DNA from: an uncultured Bacilli bacterium
Lineage (GTDB): Bacteria; Bacillota_I; Bacilli_A; RF39; UBA660
DNA length: 57,573 bases
Direction: 5' to 3'
Assembly (NCBI GenBank): GCA_944331955.1
Contig: CALVIY010000005.1
Location: 1-57,573 of the forward strand
In this document: one piece after another, positions 1 through 9,891 of the stretch
Numbering within the stretch: the first letter of the stretch is position 1
How the letters are laid out: each line of letters begins with the position of its first letter
Notes under the pieces: model-generated
Database searches by the model: none
What the model saw: the letters and a program-made list of their open reading frames with translations, nothing else
What the model was told of the DNA's origin: nothing
Translations under genes and position numbers: made by a program

Positions 1-194
1 ATATCTACAACTGTTTTTCCTTTATAACTTCCACATTTAGGACAAACACGATGAGCTTTAATCATTTCACCACAGTTTGGACATTTAACCATACCTGGTA
101 CTTCTAAGGCGTTATGACTTCTTCTCATTCTTTTTCTTGTTTTTGATACCTTTCTAAAAGGAACTGCAAACATTTGAATATCTAACTTTAACAT
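1..194 (-). CDS. rpmF: 50S ribosomal protein L32 (3' end runs off the window) with a 9-aa N-terminal extension
   Basis: Manual translation [64 protein letters not shown]; zinc-ribbon CxxC..CxxC; follows yceD; GGAGTG RBS precedes ATG at 194; alternative ATG at 173. Confidence 0.93.
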   Translation of the reverse strand, partial: MLKLDIQMFAVPFRKVSKTRKRMRRSHNALEVPGMVKCPNCGEMIKAHRVCPKCGSYKGKTVVD

Positions 195-198
195 ATTA

Positions 199-663
199 TC
201 ACTCCTTCTCTATTTTCTTTAATAAATCTTTAAAGGGATTATTAGTACTTTTCTTTACTTCATCTTCACTAATAACTCTCCATCCATCCCCTACATATTC
301 ATCATAATTAGTAACCTCGCTATAGCGAATAGGGATCTCTAGTACTATATTTTCCCATAAAATGCTAATAATATCAAGAGAAAATTGATCATTTTCTAAT
401 CTTTCACTCACATTTTCACTAATTTTAAAGGAAAATGGATAATTTACAGGCTCTAGGCTAACAGAATCTTCTAAAGTCATAGAACCTGTACATTCTATTT
501 CTAATAGTAAATTATCATCACTAGGATAAGTTAATTTACCTAATACTTTAACCTTAGATAAATCTATAATAGATGTATCAGTATAATATTCTTTAGGAAT
601 AATATAGGAATTATCTATATCAATATAACTTACTTTATTATCTAATAACTCTTTAATATCCAT
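199..663 (-). CDS. yceD: YceD/DUF177 family protein
   Basis: Position upstream of rpmF; I-x-L-E-I-P and C-terminal NPF..L motifs. Confidence 0.8.
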   Translation of the reverse strand: MDIKELLDNKVSYIDIDNSYIIPKEYYTDTSIIDLSKVKVLGKLTYPSDDNLLLEIECTGSMTLEDSVSLEPVNYPFSFKISENVSERLENDQFSLDIISILWENIVLEIPIRYSEVTNYDEYVGDGWRVISEDEVKKSTNNPFKDLLKKIEKE

Positions 664-666
664 AAA

Positions 667-1167
667 TCACCATCTCTTAAAAAATACCATGAATAATAGT
701 ATAACCATACTACATGCTACTGACATATTTTCCTTTAGAACATAACTTCTTTCATAAAAGCAAGCGAAATCATCTACTAGATTAACTATCCAACTTTCTA
801 AATATTTAGGTATAGCCTTACCAACAGGAAACATATGTGAACCAATTATGTCTTGCTCTAAATCATTTAAATCAAAGTATTTTAGGGAGTTTTCTAAAGC
901 TATTTTAGGATGATTTACTAATGTATGTGCTTTCTTTTCATCATACTCATCTAAAAAGAAATCATGTAAAAGTGCTCCTCTTGTTGTACTTTTATAATCT
1001 AAATGACAGAATTTAGTTATTATATAGGAATAGTATGCTACTCTCATCATATGTGAATATCTATCCATACCATGGTGTATACATTCTTTTGTCTTTTGAT
1101 ATTCATCATTACTTATAATTGGCATTATTATATTATTAAATTCCATATTAGGATAAAAAGTTTTCAT
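667..1167 (-). CDS. HD-domain phosphohydrolase
   Basis: H...H...LLHDF...H...HMFP...D motif set. Confidence 0.8.
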   Translation of the reverse strand: MKTFYPNMEFNNIIMPIISNDEYQKTKECIHHGMDRYSHMMRVAYYSYIITKFCHLDYKSTTRGALLHDFFLDEYDEKKAHTLVNHPKIALENSLKYFDLNDLEQDIIGSHMFPVGKAIPKYLESWIVNLVDDFACFYERSYVLKENMSVACSMVILLFMVFFKRW

Positions 1168-1270
1168 AATCTAATCCAAACACCGCTTTCTTCTTTTTAG
1201 CTTTACCGCTTTTATAAGTTTAGCATAAATTTAATAGTTTATCAAGTTTACATATATACTTGACACTTAT

Positions 1271-2332
1271 TTAACTAAGTTCGGCTTTTACTTTTTTTAC
1301 ACCTTTTTTAATATCACTCTTAAAGAATCTATAACTTGCAGATATTAAAATATATATTGGTAAAGCGATAATGATACCAAGTGGTCCTCCTACAGTTCCT
1401 CCAATTGACACCATCATAATAGTAATTAATGGATTTACATTATTAGTCTTACCATAAACTCTAGGTGATATAACATAACCATCAAGTTGTGGGAATATTA
1501 AACAAATAATTAGAGTTGCTATAAAAAGATTAGGACTTATAACTGATGCGGTTAATAAAGCTAGTAAGTTAGTAATAAGTCCTCCAAAATATGGAATAAC
1601 GGTTGTAAGAGATGCTAAAACTCCAAATAAGAACCAGTTAGGATGTCCTACTATTAAAAAGACAAGGGAATATTCAAAAAACTGAATTACCATAAATGTT
1701 AATAGTCCTTTTAAATAGTTACTAAGTTCTGTATCTAAAGCTTTAACATAACGGAAATACTTATATTTAACTTGTTTTAAAAAATCTCCTACAACTACTC
1801 TTATCTTATCCATATATGCTAGAAAATAAATGGCAACAACAAAAGTTATTACTACTTTTCCTAGGAAGGAAGCAGTTTTACCTACTATATCAATAGAACC
1901 ATCTTTTAAGAAGTTACCTAAGCTGTTAATTATCTCATTTAAATAACTTTCACTACTATCTGCTATAAAGCTTAAATTTATATTAAATTTATCTCCAATA
2001 TCTTCTATAACTTTACCAATGTTAGTAGCAAACATAACAAGTTGATTATAAAGAAGTGGTAGTGTTATAACTAAAAGAGTAATGATAATAGCAGTTACAC
2101 CTACTACTACTATTGTAACAGCAAGGGATCTTCTAACTCCTTTAGATATTAATTTTCTAACCATTGGATTAAGGGCATAACTTATTGCAAAAGCAATTAT
2201 AAAAGGCATACATATTTTAATAATAGATAAGATTATATTAAACCATGTACCTATATTAGTAACTATAATATATAAAAGTCCCATTAATATTAAAAAGTTC
2301 AACAATTTATAATTTATTCTATTTTTATACAT
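1271..2332 (-). CDS. AI-2E family transporter
   Basis: Multi-TM; IPYFG, ISPRVYG, GxxGxxxAxP motifs. Confidence 0.85.
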   Translation of the reverse strand: MYKNRINYKLLNFLILMGLLYIIVTNIGTWFNIILSIIKICMPFIIAFAISYALNPMVRKLISKGVRRSLAVTIVVVGVTAIIITLLVITLPLLYNQLVMFATNIGKVIEDIGDKFNINLSFIADSSESYLNEIINSLGNFLKDGSIDIVGKTASFLGKVVITFVVAIYFLAYMDKIRVVVGDFLKQVKYKYFRYVKALDTELSNYLKGLLTFMVIQFFEYSLVFLIVGHPNWFLFGVLASLTTVIPYFGGLITNLLALLTASVISPNLFIATLIICLIFPQLDGYVISPRVYGKTNNVNPLITIMMVSIGGTVGGPLGIIIALPIYILISASYRFFKSDIKKGVKKVKAELS

Positions 2333-2334
2333 AA

Positions 2335-2769
2335 TTATCTCTCCAACATAATAGTAGTAGGTCCCATATTAGTTAAAGTAATAGACATATCTGCACCAAA
2401 TATACCTGCTTTAGTAGGAACATATTCACTTAAAACTTTATTAAAGTATTCATATAGTAGTTTAGCTTTCTCTCCCCTCATCGCTTTCATATAACTTGGT
2501 CTATTCCCTTTAGTAGTATCAGCATAAAGAGTAAACTGAGAAATTGATAAAATAGATCCCTTAGTATCAAGAACAGATAAGTTCATTACTCCATTATTAT
2601 CAGGAAATATTCTAAGATTAAGAATCTTATTAACCATCCAAAGAATCGTATCTTTATTATCAGTATCAGTAAACCCTACAAGTAGCATTAGTCCATTATC
2701 TATTTCACTTACTATTTTATTATTAACAGTGCATTTAGAATTACTACATCTTTGAACTAAGACTTTCAT
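2335..2769 (-). CDS. dtd: D-aminoacyl-tRNA deacylase
   Basis: MKVLVQR, SQFTL, NxGPxT; immediately after rel. Confidence 0.95.
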   Translation of the reverse strand: MKVLVQRCSNSKCTVNNKIVSEIDNGLMLLVGFTDTDNKDTILWMVNKILNLRIFPDNNGVMNLSVLDTKGSILSISQFTLYADTTKGNRPSYMKAMRGEKAKLLYEYFNKVLSEYVPTKAGIFGADMSITLTNMGPTTIMLER

Positions 2770-4919
2770 TGTATCAACCTCTCTACACTTGTAATATATG
2801 GTAAATTATCTAAATCTAGTATTAATTTATTTAACTCTTTTAAGTTTCTAATAACTACTTCCATCTCATAAGTTACATATTCATCTCTATTAATAGTTTT
2901 AATACTAGTAATATTAGCATTATTTTTAATAGTAGTACTTGTAATATCAACAAGTTTATTATCAAGAGTATCTGTTCTAATAACTAAGTCACTATAGTAT
3001 TTATTAGTAGGTGTGGAATCCCAACTTACTTTAATACATCTATCATCCATACTAGCTAAGTTACGGCAAGTACTTCTATGAATTGTTATACCATTACCTC
3101 TTGTAATATAACCTACTATATCATCACCATGAACTGGTTTACAGCATGATGCTATACTTACTTTTATTTTGTCTATTCCATCAACTATTATGTCAGAAGC
3201 ACTATCATTTATTTTGACAATACTTTTAAGTAGTTTAGGTTTTTCTTCTTCTTTTTCTCCATAATTTATATTTATAACACTATTAACAGTATGCTTATTA
3301 CTACCTATATCATAGTATAAGTCATCTAAATTATCTATTTTTAGACTCTTATAAACTTCTTTAAGCTTCTCATCACTGTAAAAGTCACTAAGTATTATTT
3401 TTCTTTTTCTTAACTCTTTTTCTAAGAATTCTTTACCTCGCTCTACTAGTACTTCTTTTTCATTCTTACTAAAGTAACTCTTAATCTTATTACGTGCTCC
3501 TGTAGTTTTAACGATATTTAACCATTCTTTAGAAGGATGAGCACTTTTATTAGTATTTATTTTAATAATATCATTACTTTTTAGTTCATAATCAAGTGGT
3601 ACTATATTACCATTAACAATCGCTCCTACAGTAGTTTCTCCTACTTTACTATGAACTTTATATGCGAAGTCTAAAGGGGTCGCTCCACGAGGTAGTTCTA
3701 TAACATCTCCTTTAGGGGTAAAGACATAGATATTATTATTTAAAACTTCATCTTTAACCGAACTAACAAACTCTTCACTACTCATTTTATCGTTTTCTAG
3801 TTCCATAATTTCTTTAAAGAATTGTAGTTTTTGGGTAGTTACAGATTGAAGGTTAGCAGTTTTTTTACTACCACCATTTTCTTTATAAGCCCAGTGTGAG
3901 GCAATACCGTTTTCTGCTACTTCATCCATCTCATATGTTCTAATTTGAATTTCAAATAGATAGCCATCTATACCAAAGACGGTTGTATGTAGCGACTGAT
4001 ACATATTAGGTTTAGGCATAGCGATATAGTCTTTAAAACGTTTTGGTAGTGGTCTAAACTTAGAATGGATTAGACCAAGAGCAAGATAACAATCTTGTTC
4101 TGTATCTACTAAAACACGAAGTGCAAGTAAATCGTAAATGTCACTAAATTTCTTACCTTTATCTAGTTTATTATAGATACTATAAATACTCTTAGCACGT
4201 CCTTTAATCTGATGAGGGATGTGATGAAGATTTAATAGTTCAGTTACTTCTTCTTGCATCTCATAAACTGTTGTATCACGTTCTGCTTTTGTCTTATTAA
4301 GTTTATCTGCTATATCATAAAAGACGGTTGGTTTTAAGTAACGAAGTGATAAGTCTTCAAGTTCACTTTTTATTTTATGAATACCAAGGTGATGGGCTAA
4401 AGGAGCGAATATTTCAAGCACTTCTTTAGACTTCTTTTTTTGCTTTTCCACAGGTGTTGCCCAAAGTGTTCTCATATTATGAAGACGGTCTGCAAGTTTT
4501 ACAATAATTACTCTAACATCTTCGCTCATTCCCACAATTATTTTCTTATAATACTCAACTAAGTACTCATTATCAGTAGAAAAATGAAGTCTACCTAATT
4601 TAGTAACACCATCTACTAATTTATAAACTGTAAGACCAAATTTCTCTTTAAATTCATCTATATCTACATCACAGTCTTCAACTACATCATGAAGAAGTCC
4701 TGCAATTAAACATTCACTATCTGCATAAATACTAGTAAGTATCAAAGCAACGTTTAAAGGGTGGATGATATACTCTTCTCCACTCTTTCTAAACTGTCCT
4801 TTATGCTTTTCTTTAGCATAATAATATGCATCTAATATTTTTTCTCTTTCTTTAGGATCCTTTATATAGGAGTCCACTTTATCCATTAAATCATCTATTG
4901 TTATAGTGTCTTTTTTCAT
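2766..4919 (-). CDS. rel: bifunctional (p)ppGpp synthetase/hydrolase
   Basis: HD hydrolase (LHDVVED), synthetase (YQSLHT, EIQIRT), TGS and ACT domains. Confidence 0.97.
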   Translation of the reverse strand: MKKDTITIDDLMDKVDSYIKDPKEREKILDAYYYAKEKHKGQFRKSGEEYIIHPLNVALILTSIYADSECLIAGLLHDVVEDCDVDIDEFKEKFGLTVYKLVDGVTKLGRLHFSTDNEYLVEYYKKIIVGMSEDVRVIIVKLADRLHNMRTLWATPVEKQKKKSKEVLEIFAPLAHHLGIHKIKSELEDLSLRYLKPTVFYDIADKLNKTKAERDTTVYEMQEEVTELLNLHHIPHQIKGRAKSIYSIYNKLDKGKKFSDIYDLLALRVLVDTEQDCYLALGLIHSKFRPLPKRFKDYIAMPKPNMYQSLHTTVFGIDGYLFEIQIRTYEMDEVAENGIASHWAYKENGGSKKTANLQSVTTQKLQFFKEIMELENDKMSSEEFVSSVKDEVLNNNIYVFTPKGDVIELPRGATPLDFAYKVHSKVGETTVGAIVNGNIVPLDYELKSNDIIKINTNKSAHPSKEWLNIVKTTGARNKIKSYFSKNEKEVLVERGKEFLEKELRKRKIILSDFYSDEKLKEVYKSLKIDNLDDLYYDIGSNKHTVNSVININYGEKEEEKPKLLKSIVKINDSASDIIVDGIDKIKVSIASCCKPVHGDDIVGYITRGNGITIHRSTCRNLASMDDRCIKVSWDSTPTNKYYSDLVIRTDTLDNKLVDITSTTIKNNANITSIKTINRDEYVTYEMEVVIRNLKELNKLILDLDNLPYITSVERLIQ

Positions 4920-4955
4920 AATATCACTGTCTTTCTAGTCTTTTTATTCTTTTAT

Positions 4956-7244
4956 TTAATCATTTATACCTTTAATAGTTTTCTCACTCACTTCTTTTAC
5001 TTGCTTTTTCTTCTTATTATTAGATTTAGTTTTACTAGCAAAGAATACATAAAGTCTTCCTGCTATTAATAGTGATGAATAAGTACCTGCAACTAATCCT
5101 ACTATCATCGCTACATTAAAGGTTAGTATTTCTCTACTTCCCATAATTATCAAGGCAATTACTGGAAGTAATGTTGTAAGTGATGTATAAATACTTCTTG
5201 TAAGTGTTTCTTTAATACTTATATTAACAACATCTGCAAGTTCATCTTTACTTATGGTTTCTTTATTACGTTTCTTTAAGTTTTCACGTACTCTATCGAA
5301 TACTACTATTGTATTATTAATTGAATATCCTATGATAGCAAGTACGGCTGCTATAAACATAGAATTTACTTCTACTCTTAGAAGAATAACTGATGCTACC
5401 ATCATTAATGCATCGTGAATTAAACAGATAACTGATGATATACCATAACTAAATTTAAATCTAAGGGTAATATATAGGATAATACCTATTAATGAGATAA
5501 GGATTGAGAATATTGCATTTTTAATTAAGTCTTGTTTAACGACATTAGATACAACTCCAATATCAACACTAGCATTATACTTTTCAAGGAAATAACTTTC
5601 TATTTCAGATATTTCATTTTCTTTTAACTCATCACTTACTCTAATATCAGTCTCACTATTAGTAATATCAATACTTACTTCATCTAATTTAAGTTCTTTT
5701 AAGTCGCCTCTTAAATCTTTTTCACTAACTTCTGTAGTTGATAAAGTTATATCACTACCAGCTTGGAAATCAATTCCAAGATTCATTCCTTTGAAGGCAA
5801 ACATAACTACTGATGCAAGTATTACTACCAAACTAAAGGCAGCGAAAAATTTACTAAGTCCTAAATAATTATATGTTGGTTTCTTATTTTCTTCTTTAAT
5901 TTCTTCTTCGTGAACACCAATAAAGAAATTAAGTTTATTATCAAAGTATTTAGTCTTAACAAACATCTTTAATAGAACTCTTGTAATAAATACCATAGTA
6001 ACCATTGTTACAATAATATTAATGATTAACATAGTTGCAAAACCTTTGACACTAGATTCACCTAGATAGAACATGATGATGGCAACTAAAAGTGTTGTAA
6101 GGTTAGCATCAAGGATTGTTCCAAAACTAGCTTTACTACCATTTTTAAAAGCTGTCTCTAGACTTCTTCCTTTAAGTAATTCTTCTTTAATACGAGAATA
6201 AGTTAGAACATTAGCATCTACTGCCATACCTATACCAAGGATTAAAGCGGCAATACCAGGAAGGGTTAAAACACCTCCTACAAGCCAAAATGATGCGAAT
6301 ACTAATAATGTATATAAAACTATTGATACTGCAGAAATAACACCTGCAAAATTATAAATACCAATTAGTAAGATAATGATAGCAAGAACACCTGCAATAC
6401 CTGCATACATTGTCATTGTAAGTGTTGCATCTCCAAAGCTTGCTCCTACTGTTTTACTAGATACTTCAGTAAGTTTAGCAGGAAGACTACCTGAATTAAT
6501 TAAATCTACTAAATTACTAGCTTCTTCTTCGGTAAAGTTACCTTGAATAATAACATCACTAGCAAAGCCTTCAGTTACTGTAGCAGCACTTATACAATTA
6601 CTTTCATCTGTTCCACACATACCAGCTTCATTAGCATAAGAATCAGTCATTTCATCAAAATCTAACCAAATGGCAATAATGTTAGTTTCATAATCTTTAA
6701 CAGCATTAGTTACTTTATAGAAAGTATCTTTATCTTTAACTGCTAAACTAACAGCAGGTCTACCATTAGCATCTGTTGTAAGTCTAGCACCACCTGCTTC
6801 TAAAACATCACTAGACATAAGTAAATTATCTTCACTATCTCTAAATGTTAGAGTTGCAACAGTAGATAATGTTTCTCTTGCTTCATCTTTATTAGTAACA
6901 CCAGCAAGTTTAACTCTAATTCTATTATCCCCTTCTAAAGTGATTTCTGGTTCACTAACACCTAAAGTATCTATACGTTTAAGCATACTTTTATAAGTAG
7001 CATTTAATTTATCTTTATTCATTTTACTTCCATCAATTGGACTAACTTCGTAAAGGATTTCAAAACCACCTTGTAAATCAAGACCAAAGTTTAATGATTT
7101 AAAAAGTGGCACTACTAAAAAGCATACTATAACAGCGATTACAACAAGTAATCCTGTTCTAAGTAACATAGCTTTTTTCTCTTTAGCCATATGTTTCCTT
7201 TCTTTTTTTATCTTTTTTTCTTTAATTTTCTTTTCTTTCTTCAT
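4956..7244 (-). CDS. secDF: protein translocase subunit SecDF (fused)
   Basis: GLDLQGG, GMAVDAN, GIDFxxG, GYSINNTIVVFDR motifs. Confidence 0.95.
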   Translation of the reverse strand: MKKEKKIKEKKIKKERKHMAKEKKAMLLRTGLLVVIAVIVCFLVVPLFKSLNFGLDLQGGFEILYEVSPIDGSKMNKDKLNATYKSMLKRIDTLGVSEPEITLEGDNRIRVKLAGVTNKDEARETLSTVATLTFRDSEDNLLMSSDVLEAGGARLTTDANGRPAVSLAVKDKDTFYKVTNAVKDYETNIIAIWLDFDEMTDSYANEAGMCGTDESNCISAATVTEGFASDVIIQGNFTEEEASNLVDLINSGSLPAKLTEVSSKTVGASFGDATLTMTMYAGIAGVLAIIILLIGIYNFAGVISAVSIVLYTLLVFASFWLVGGVLTLPGIAALILGIGMAVDANVLTYSRIKEELLKGRSLETAFKNGSKASFGTILDANLTTLLVAIIMFYLGESSVKGFATMLIINIIVTMVTMVFITRVLLKMFVKTKYFDNKLNFFIGVHEEEIKEENKKPTYNYLGLSKFFAAFSLVVILASVVMFAFKGMNLGIDFQAGSDITLSTTEVSEKDLRGDLKELKLDEVSIDITNSETDIRVSDELKENEISEIESYFLEKYNASVDIGVVSNVVKQDLIKNAIFSILISLIGIILYITLRFKFSYGISSVICLIHDALMMVASVILLRVEVNSMFIAAVLAIIGYSINNTIVVFDRVRENLKKRNKETISKDELADVVNISIKETLTRSIYTSLTTLLPVIALIIMGSREILTFNVAMIVGLVAGTYSSLLIAGRLYVFFASKTKSNNKKKKQVKEVSEKTIKGIND

Positions 7245-7266
7245 GACATACCTCCGATTATACTCC

Positions 7267-7533
7267 TTATATTATTTCAACATTTTGTTTCATAGCTTTA
7301 GTATCTTTAAGATATTTATCTAATAGTTTATTATCACAGTTTAAAATATCACCAACTATATCACTAAGTTCCAAATTATGAGCTTTACTCCATTTAGTAA
7401 GAATTAAATAATTCCAGACATCATTTTTATGAATATAACGATATCCTAATCTATCTAATTCACTTTTCTTAGCATCTAAAGCAGGTTCTACCATCTGATA
7501 TAACTCTTCCTTACTATTAAAAGTAAAATCCAT
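7267..7533 (-). CDS. ComN-like post-transcriptional regulator
   Basis: PAL..K..EL..LGY.....DVWNYL...KW pattern; upstream of secDF as in Bacillus. Confidence 0.7.
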   Translation of the reverse strand: MDFTFNSKEELYQMVEPALDAKKSELDRLGYRYIHKNDVWNYLILTKWSKAHNLELSDIVGDILNCDNKLLDKYLKDTKAMKQNVEII

Positions 7534-7630
7534 AAGACACCACAGCCCTTCATATAAACTAATATTATTATAGCATTTCTTAGAAAAAATGAAAGAAAAA
7601 GGTCTAAATTTATTAAATATTTCAAATTAA

Positions 7631-7666
7631 AAGAAAAAATACTAGAGTTAATCTAATATTTTTCTT
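7631..7666 (-). terminator. imperfect hairpin terminator after the surface-protein gene
   Basis: AAGAAAAAATACTAGA-GTTAA-TCTAATATTTTTCTT inverted repeat. Confidence 0.5.
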
Positions 7667-7674
7667 GAGTTTTG

Positions 7675-9582
7675 TTAACTAGCAAGTTCTAGAGTGAACG
7701 GATTATTTTTAGTACCATCACCAGAAGTTATTACTACGTTAGATTTTAGATTTAATGATGGACGGGCCGCCCCGAACGCGTCCGAAGAAGGGTCATTGTA
7801 GTCGACTGCGTTACCATTGATGATGGCAAGCCACACGCTAGACGAACTGTATAGTGTTAAGCTCCAATAATTTGTATTATTACCATATATATCAAATTGA
7901 CCTGCCATTAATTCTCCTAATCTAAGTAATCCTACTTTTGCATTAGTTGTACTTGATGTTAAGTTATTACCTGTTGAATCTGTATATTTAGCTAATTTAT
8001 ATGATGTACCACCCTCTACAGTTCCAAGGTACCAAGTTGTATTATCTTCTATCATTGAACTATAACTACTATCCACATAATTTGTTAGATAGTCGCCATT
8101 TAAAAATGCTCCTATAGTATTTGTGCTTGAATAATTTACATTCCTATTACTGTCAAAAGCACTTGTTATAAAGGTTCCAGAACTCTTTAATGGTTCGGCA
8201 CTGGTAATCTTTGTTCCTGCACCATTTTCATGACTTACTATTCTATATAGATTGTTTTCATCATTTCCAAAGCGGATGTATTCTCCACTGTACCTAGTAT
8301 TAAGTAATGTGCCAGCAAGGTTTGTATCATTATCTCCTTTTAGTCTATATGGATTATCTATTGTTCCATCACCATCTACAATACTAACACTAGATTTTAG
8401 ATTTATAGATGGACGAATTCCATACGCGTAGATAGGCTTTCCATTGCTCACGTTGCCGTTGTTGTTAACGTAACGCACGCGAGACGTACTAGATGGTGTT
8501 AAAGTCCACCATATAAGCCCATTATTTAAATAACCATTACTATAAGTTGTTCCTTTATAACTTATTACATACTCATAATAATTTAATAATCCTATCCCAT
8601 CTTCAACCATTGTGGTTTCTGAAGGTTTACTTGAAGATGTAGTTTCTGTAGCATTCCACTTTGCATCAGTCACAATAAAGTTTTCGTAATCTCTTAAATT
8701 ACCTAGAAAACCATCTACTGTTGTATCATTTAACCAAGATTCCATATAACTTCCTTCAAAAGCAGTTTGATTTTCTGGATTATATGTAATTACACTTATA
8801 TTCCACTGTGTTACTAACTTAGTTGTTTTTGCTTCATTATTAACAGATACTGCTCTCCATAATTTTCCACTATACCAGACATAGTTATTAGGATCTTCTC
8901 CTGTTATAAAAGTATCTGTTCCATCATCATAGGTACTTCCACTATTTAAGTTTTCTATAATTACTTTTGATGCTTCTTCTCCTACTCTATCTTTTCCATA
9001 GACATTTATTTTTACTGCAAAGGTCAAATTTCCTCCATCTCCTTGAGGATTATAATTTTCATCAACATACATTCTAAGTCTATAATTATTAGATTCACTA
9101 CTATTCATACTACTTGTATATAAACTCATCTCACCTATTGGTCTTCCTGTAAATGTATTAGATGTAGCCTCTTCATTATAAGTCTTAGGACTCATTAATT
9201 GTTCTTCTCCATCATCAGTTAATCTTGTTAAATATAACTTAATATTAGAACCATCTATTGTCCCTTCTCCTACTTCTTTGGCACTTATCTCATAATTGAT
9301 ATTAACATCTCCTGTTATTTCACTACTTACTGTAAAGTCAAAGTACTCTCCTTCTTTTAATCTTGTTGTACCTGTTTTATCAGTTGTTGGTAGAGCATTA
9401 CCTAAACTTATCGTATTATCACTTTCTTCATATGTCATTGTAATAGATCCTGTTGTAATTTTATTAGGAGTATTACCTTGCTTACTAAAACTAAAGGCTG
9501 CATAACTTACTCCTATTATCGCTATTACCATAACAATTAACATCACTACTATTATAATATTTTCTTTTTTCTTTAAATTCAT
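7675..9582 (-). CDS. secreted/surface protein: TasA/camelysin-like N-terminal domain plus two CLec-like (DUF6273-like) domains ending in DGR-type variable regions
   Basis: Signal peptide ending GVSYA|AF; internal duplication, each copy ending W(T/S)LT....RPS(I/L)NLKS....GDGT..NP(Y/F). Confidence 0.7.
   Translation of the reverse strand: MNLKKKENIIIVVMLIVMVIAIIGVSYAAFSFSKQGNTPNKITTGSITMTYEESDNTISLGNALPTTDKTGTTRLKEGEYFDFTVSSEITGDVNINYEISAKEVGEGTIDGSNIKLYLTRLTDDGEEQLMSPKTYNEEATSNTFTGRPIGEMSLYTSSMNSSESNNYRLRMYVDENYNPQGDGGNLTFAVKINVYGKDRVGEEASKVIIENLNSGSTYDDGTDTFITGEDPNNYVWYSGKLWRAVSVNNEAKTTKLVTQWNISVITYNPENQTAFEGSYMESWLNDTTVDGFLGNLRDYENFIVTDAKWNATETTSSSKPSETTMVEDGIGLLNYYEYVISYKGTTYSNGYLNNGLIWWTLTPSSTSRVRYVNNNGNVSNGKPIYAYGIRPSINLKSSVSIVDGDGTIDNPYRLKGDNDTNLAGTLLNTRYSGEYIRFGNDENNLYRIVSHENGAGTKITSAEPLKSSGTFITSAFDSNRNVNYSSTNTIGAFLNGDYLTNYVDSSYSSMIEDNTTWYLGTVEGGTSYKLAKYTDSTGNNLTSSTTNAKVGLLRLGELMAGQFDIYGNNTNYWSLTLYSSSSVWLAIINGNAVDYNDPSSDAFGAARPSLNLKSNVVITSGDGTKNNPFTLELAS
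7741..7870 (-). repeat. DGR-like variable region 2 (C-terminal)
   Basis: 7761-7850 is 52/90 G+C in an AT-rich gene; encodes YWSLTLYSSSSVWLAIINGNAVDYNDPSSDAFGAARPSLNL. Confidence 0.65.
8392..8512 (-). repeat. DGR-like variable region 1 (internal)
   Basis: 8411-8490 is 40/80 G+C; AAC AAC AAC GGC AAC codon run; encodes WWTLTPSSTSRVRYVNNNGNVSNGKPIYAYGIRPSINL. Confidence 0.65.
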
Positions 9583-9617
9583 TTTCTTATTACTCCTCCA
9601 CTATTTTTTCTAACACT

Positions 9618-9648
9618 AAAAAGAACAGGATATAATTATCCTGTTCTT
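9618..9648 (-). terminator. intrinsic terminator/attenuator in the leader of the surface-protein gene
   Basis: Perfect 12-bp stem AAGAACAGGATA-ATTA-TATCCTGTTCTT followed by TTT, about 35 nt before the start codon. Confidence 0.8.
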
Positions 9649-9681
9649 ATGTCATAATGAAAGAAAGTAACTATTGTACTA

Positions 9682-9729
9682 CTAAACTGCCCCCCCCCAG
9701 GTAACTTTTTGTAAACATTCAGTGCTCAT
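9682..9729 (-). CDS. leader peptide MSTECLQKVTWGGAV containing a G9 tract
   Basis: GAAGGT RBS-like sequence before ATG 9729; homopolymer at 9690-9698; lies between promoter and terminator. Confidence 0.55.
   Translation of the reverse strand: MSTECLQKVTWGGAV
9690..9698 (-). repeat. G9 homopolymer (slipped-strand contingency tract)
   Basis: Nine consecutive C on the plus strand in very AT-rich DNA. Confidence 0.85.
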
Positions 9730-9765
9730 ATTTTTTACCTTCTTTCACCTATCTTAATTAATCTG

Positions 9766-9795
9766 ATCTTAACATAATTACTATTAGATATGCAA
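9766..9795 (-). promoter_or_regulatory. sigma-A promoter for leader/surface gene
   Basis: TTGCAT-18 nt-TAAGAT with TGn extended -10. Confidence 0.6.
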
Positions 9796-9891
9796 CTAAA
9801 TTGTTTTATATTTACATATATTTACATATAGTATACACTACTTTCTATAATCTTAAAATTAAGTTATAATAATATTAGAAAAGAGGTATTT

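Noticed and set aside
9296-9505. Plus-strand short ORFs in the track (also 11479, 12526, 15166, 16235, 22286, 25894, 28220, 32531, 34873, 45644, 46759, 49612, 54264)
   Set aside because: Antisense or overlapping shadows of well-supported genes, without RBS or motifs.
7675-9582. Treating one GC-rich repeat as the DGR template for the other
   Set aside because: They differ at non-adenine positions and in length, and both are coding, so both look like VRs.
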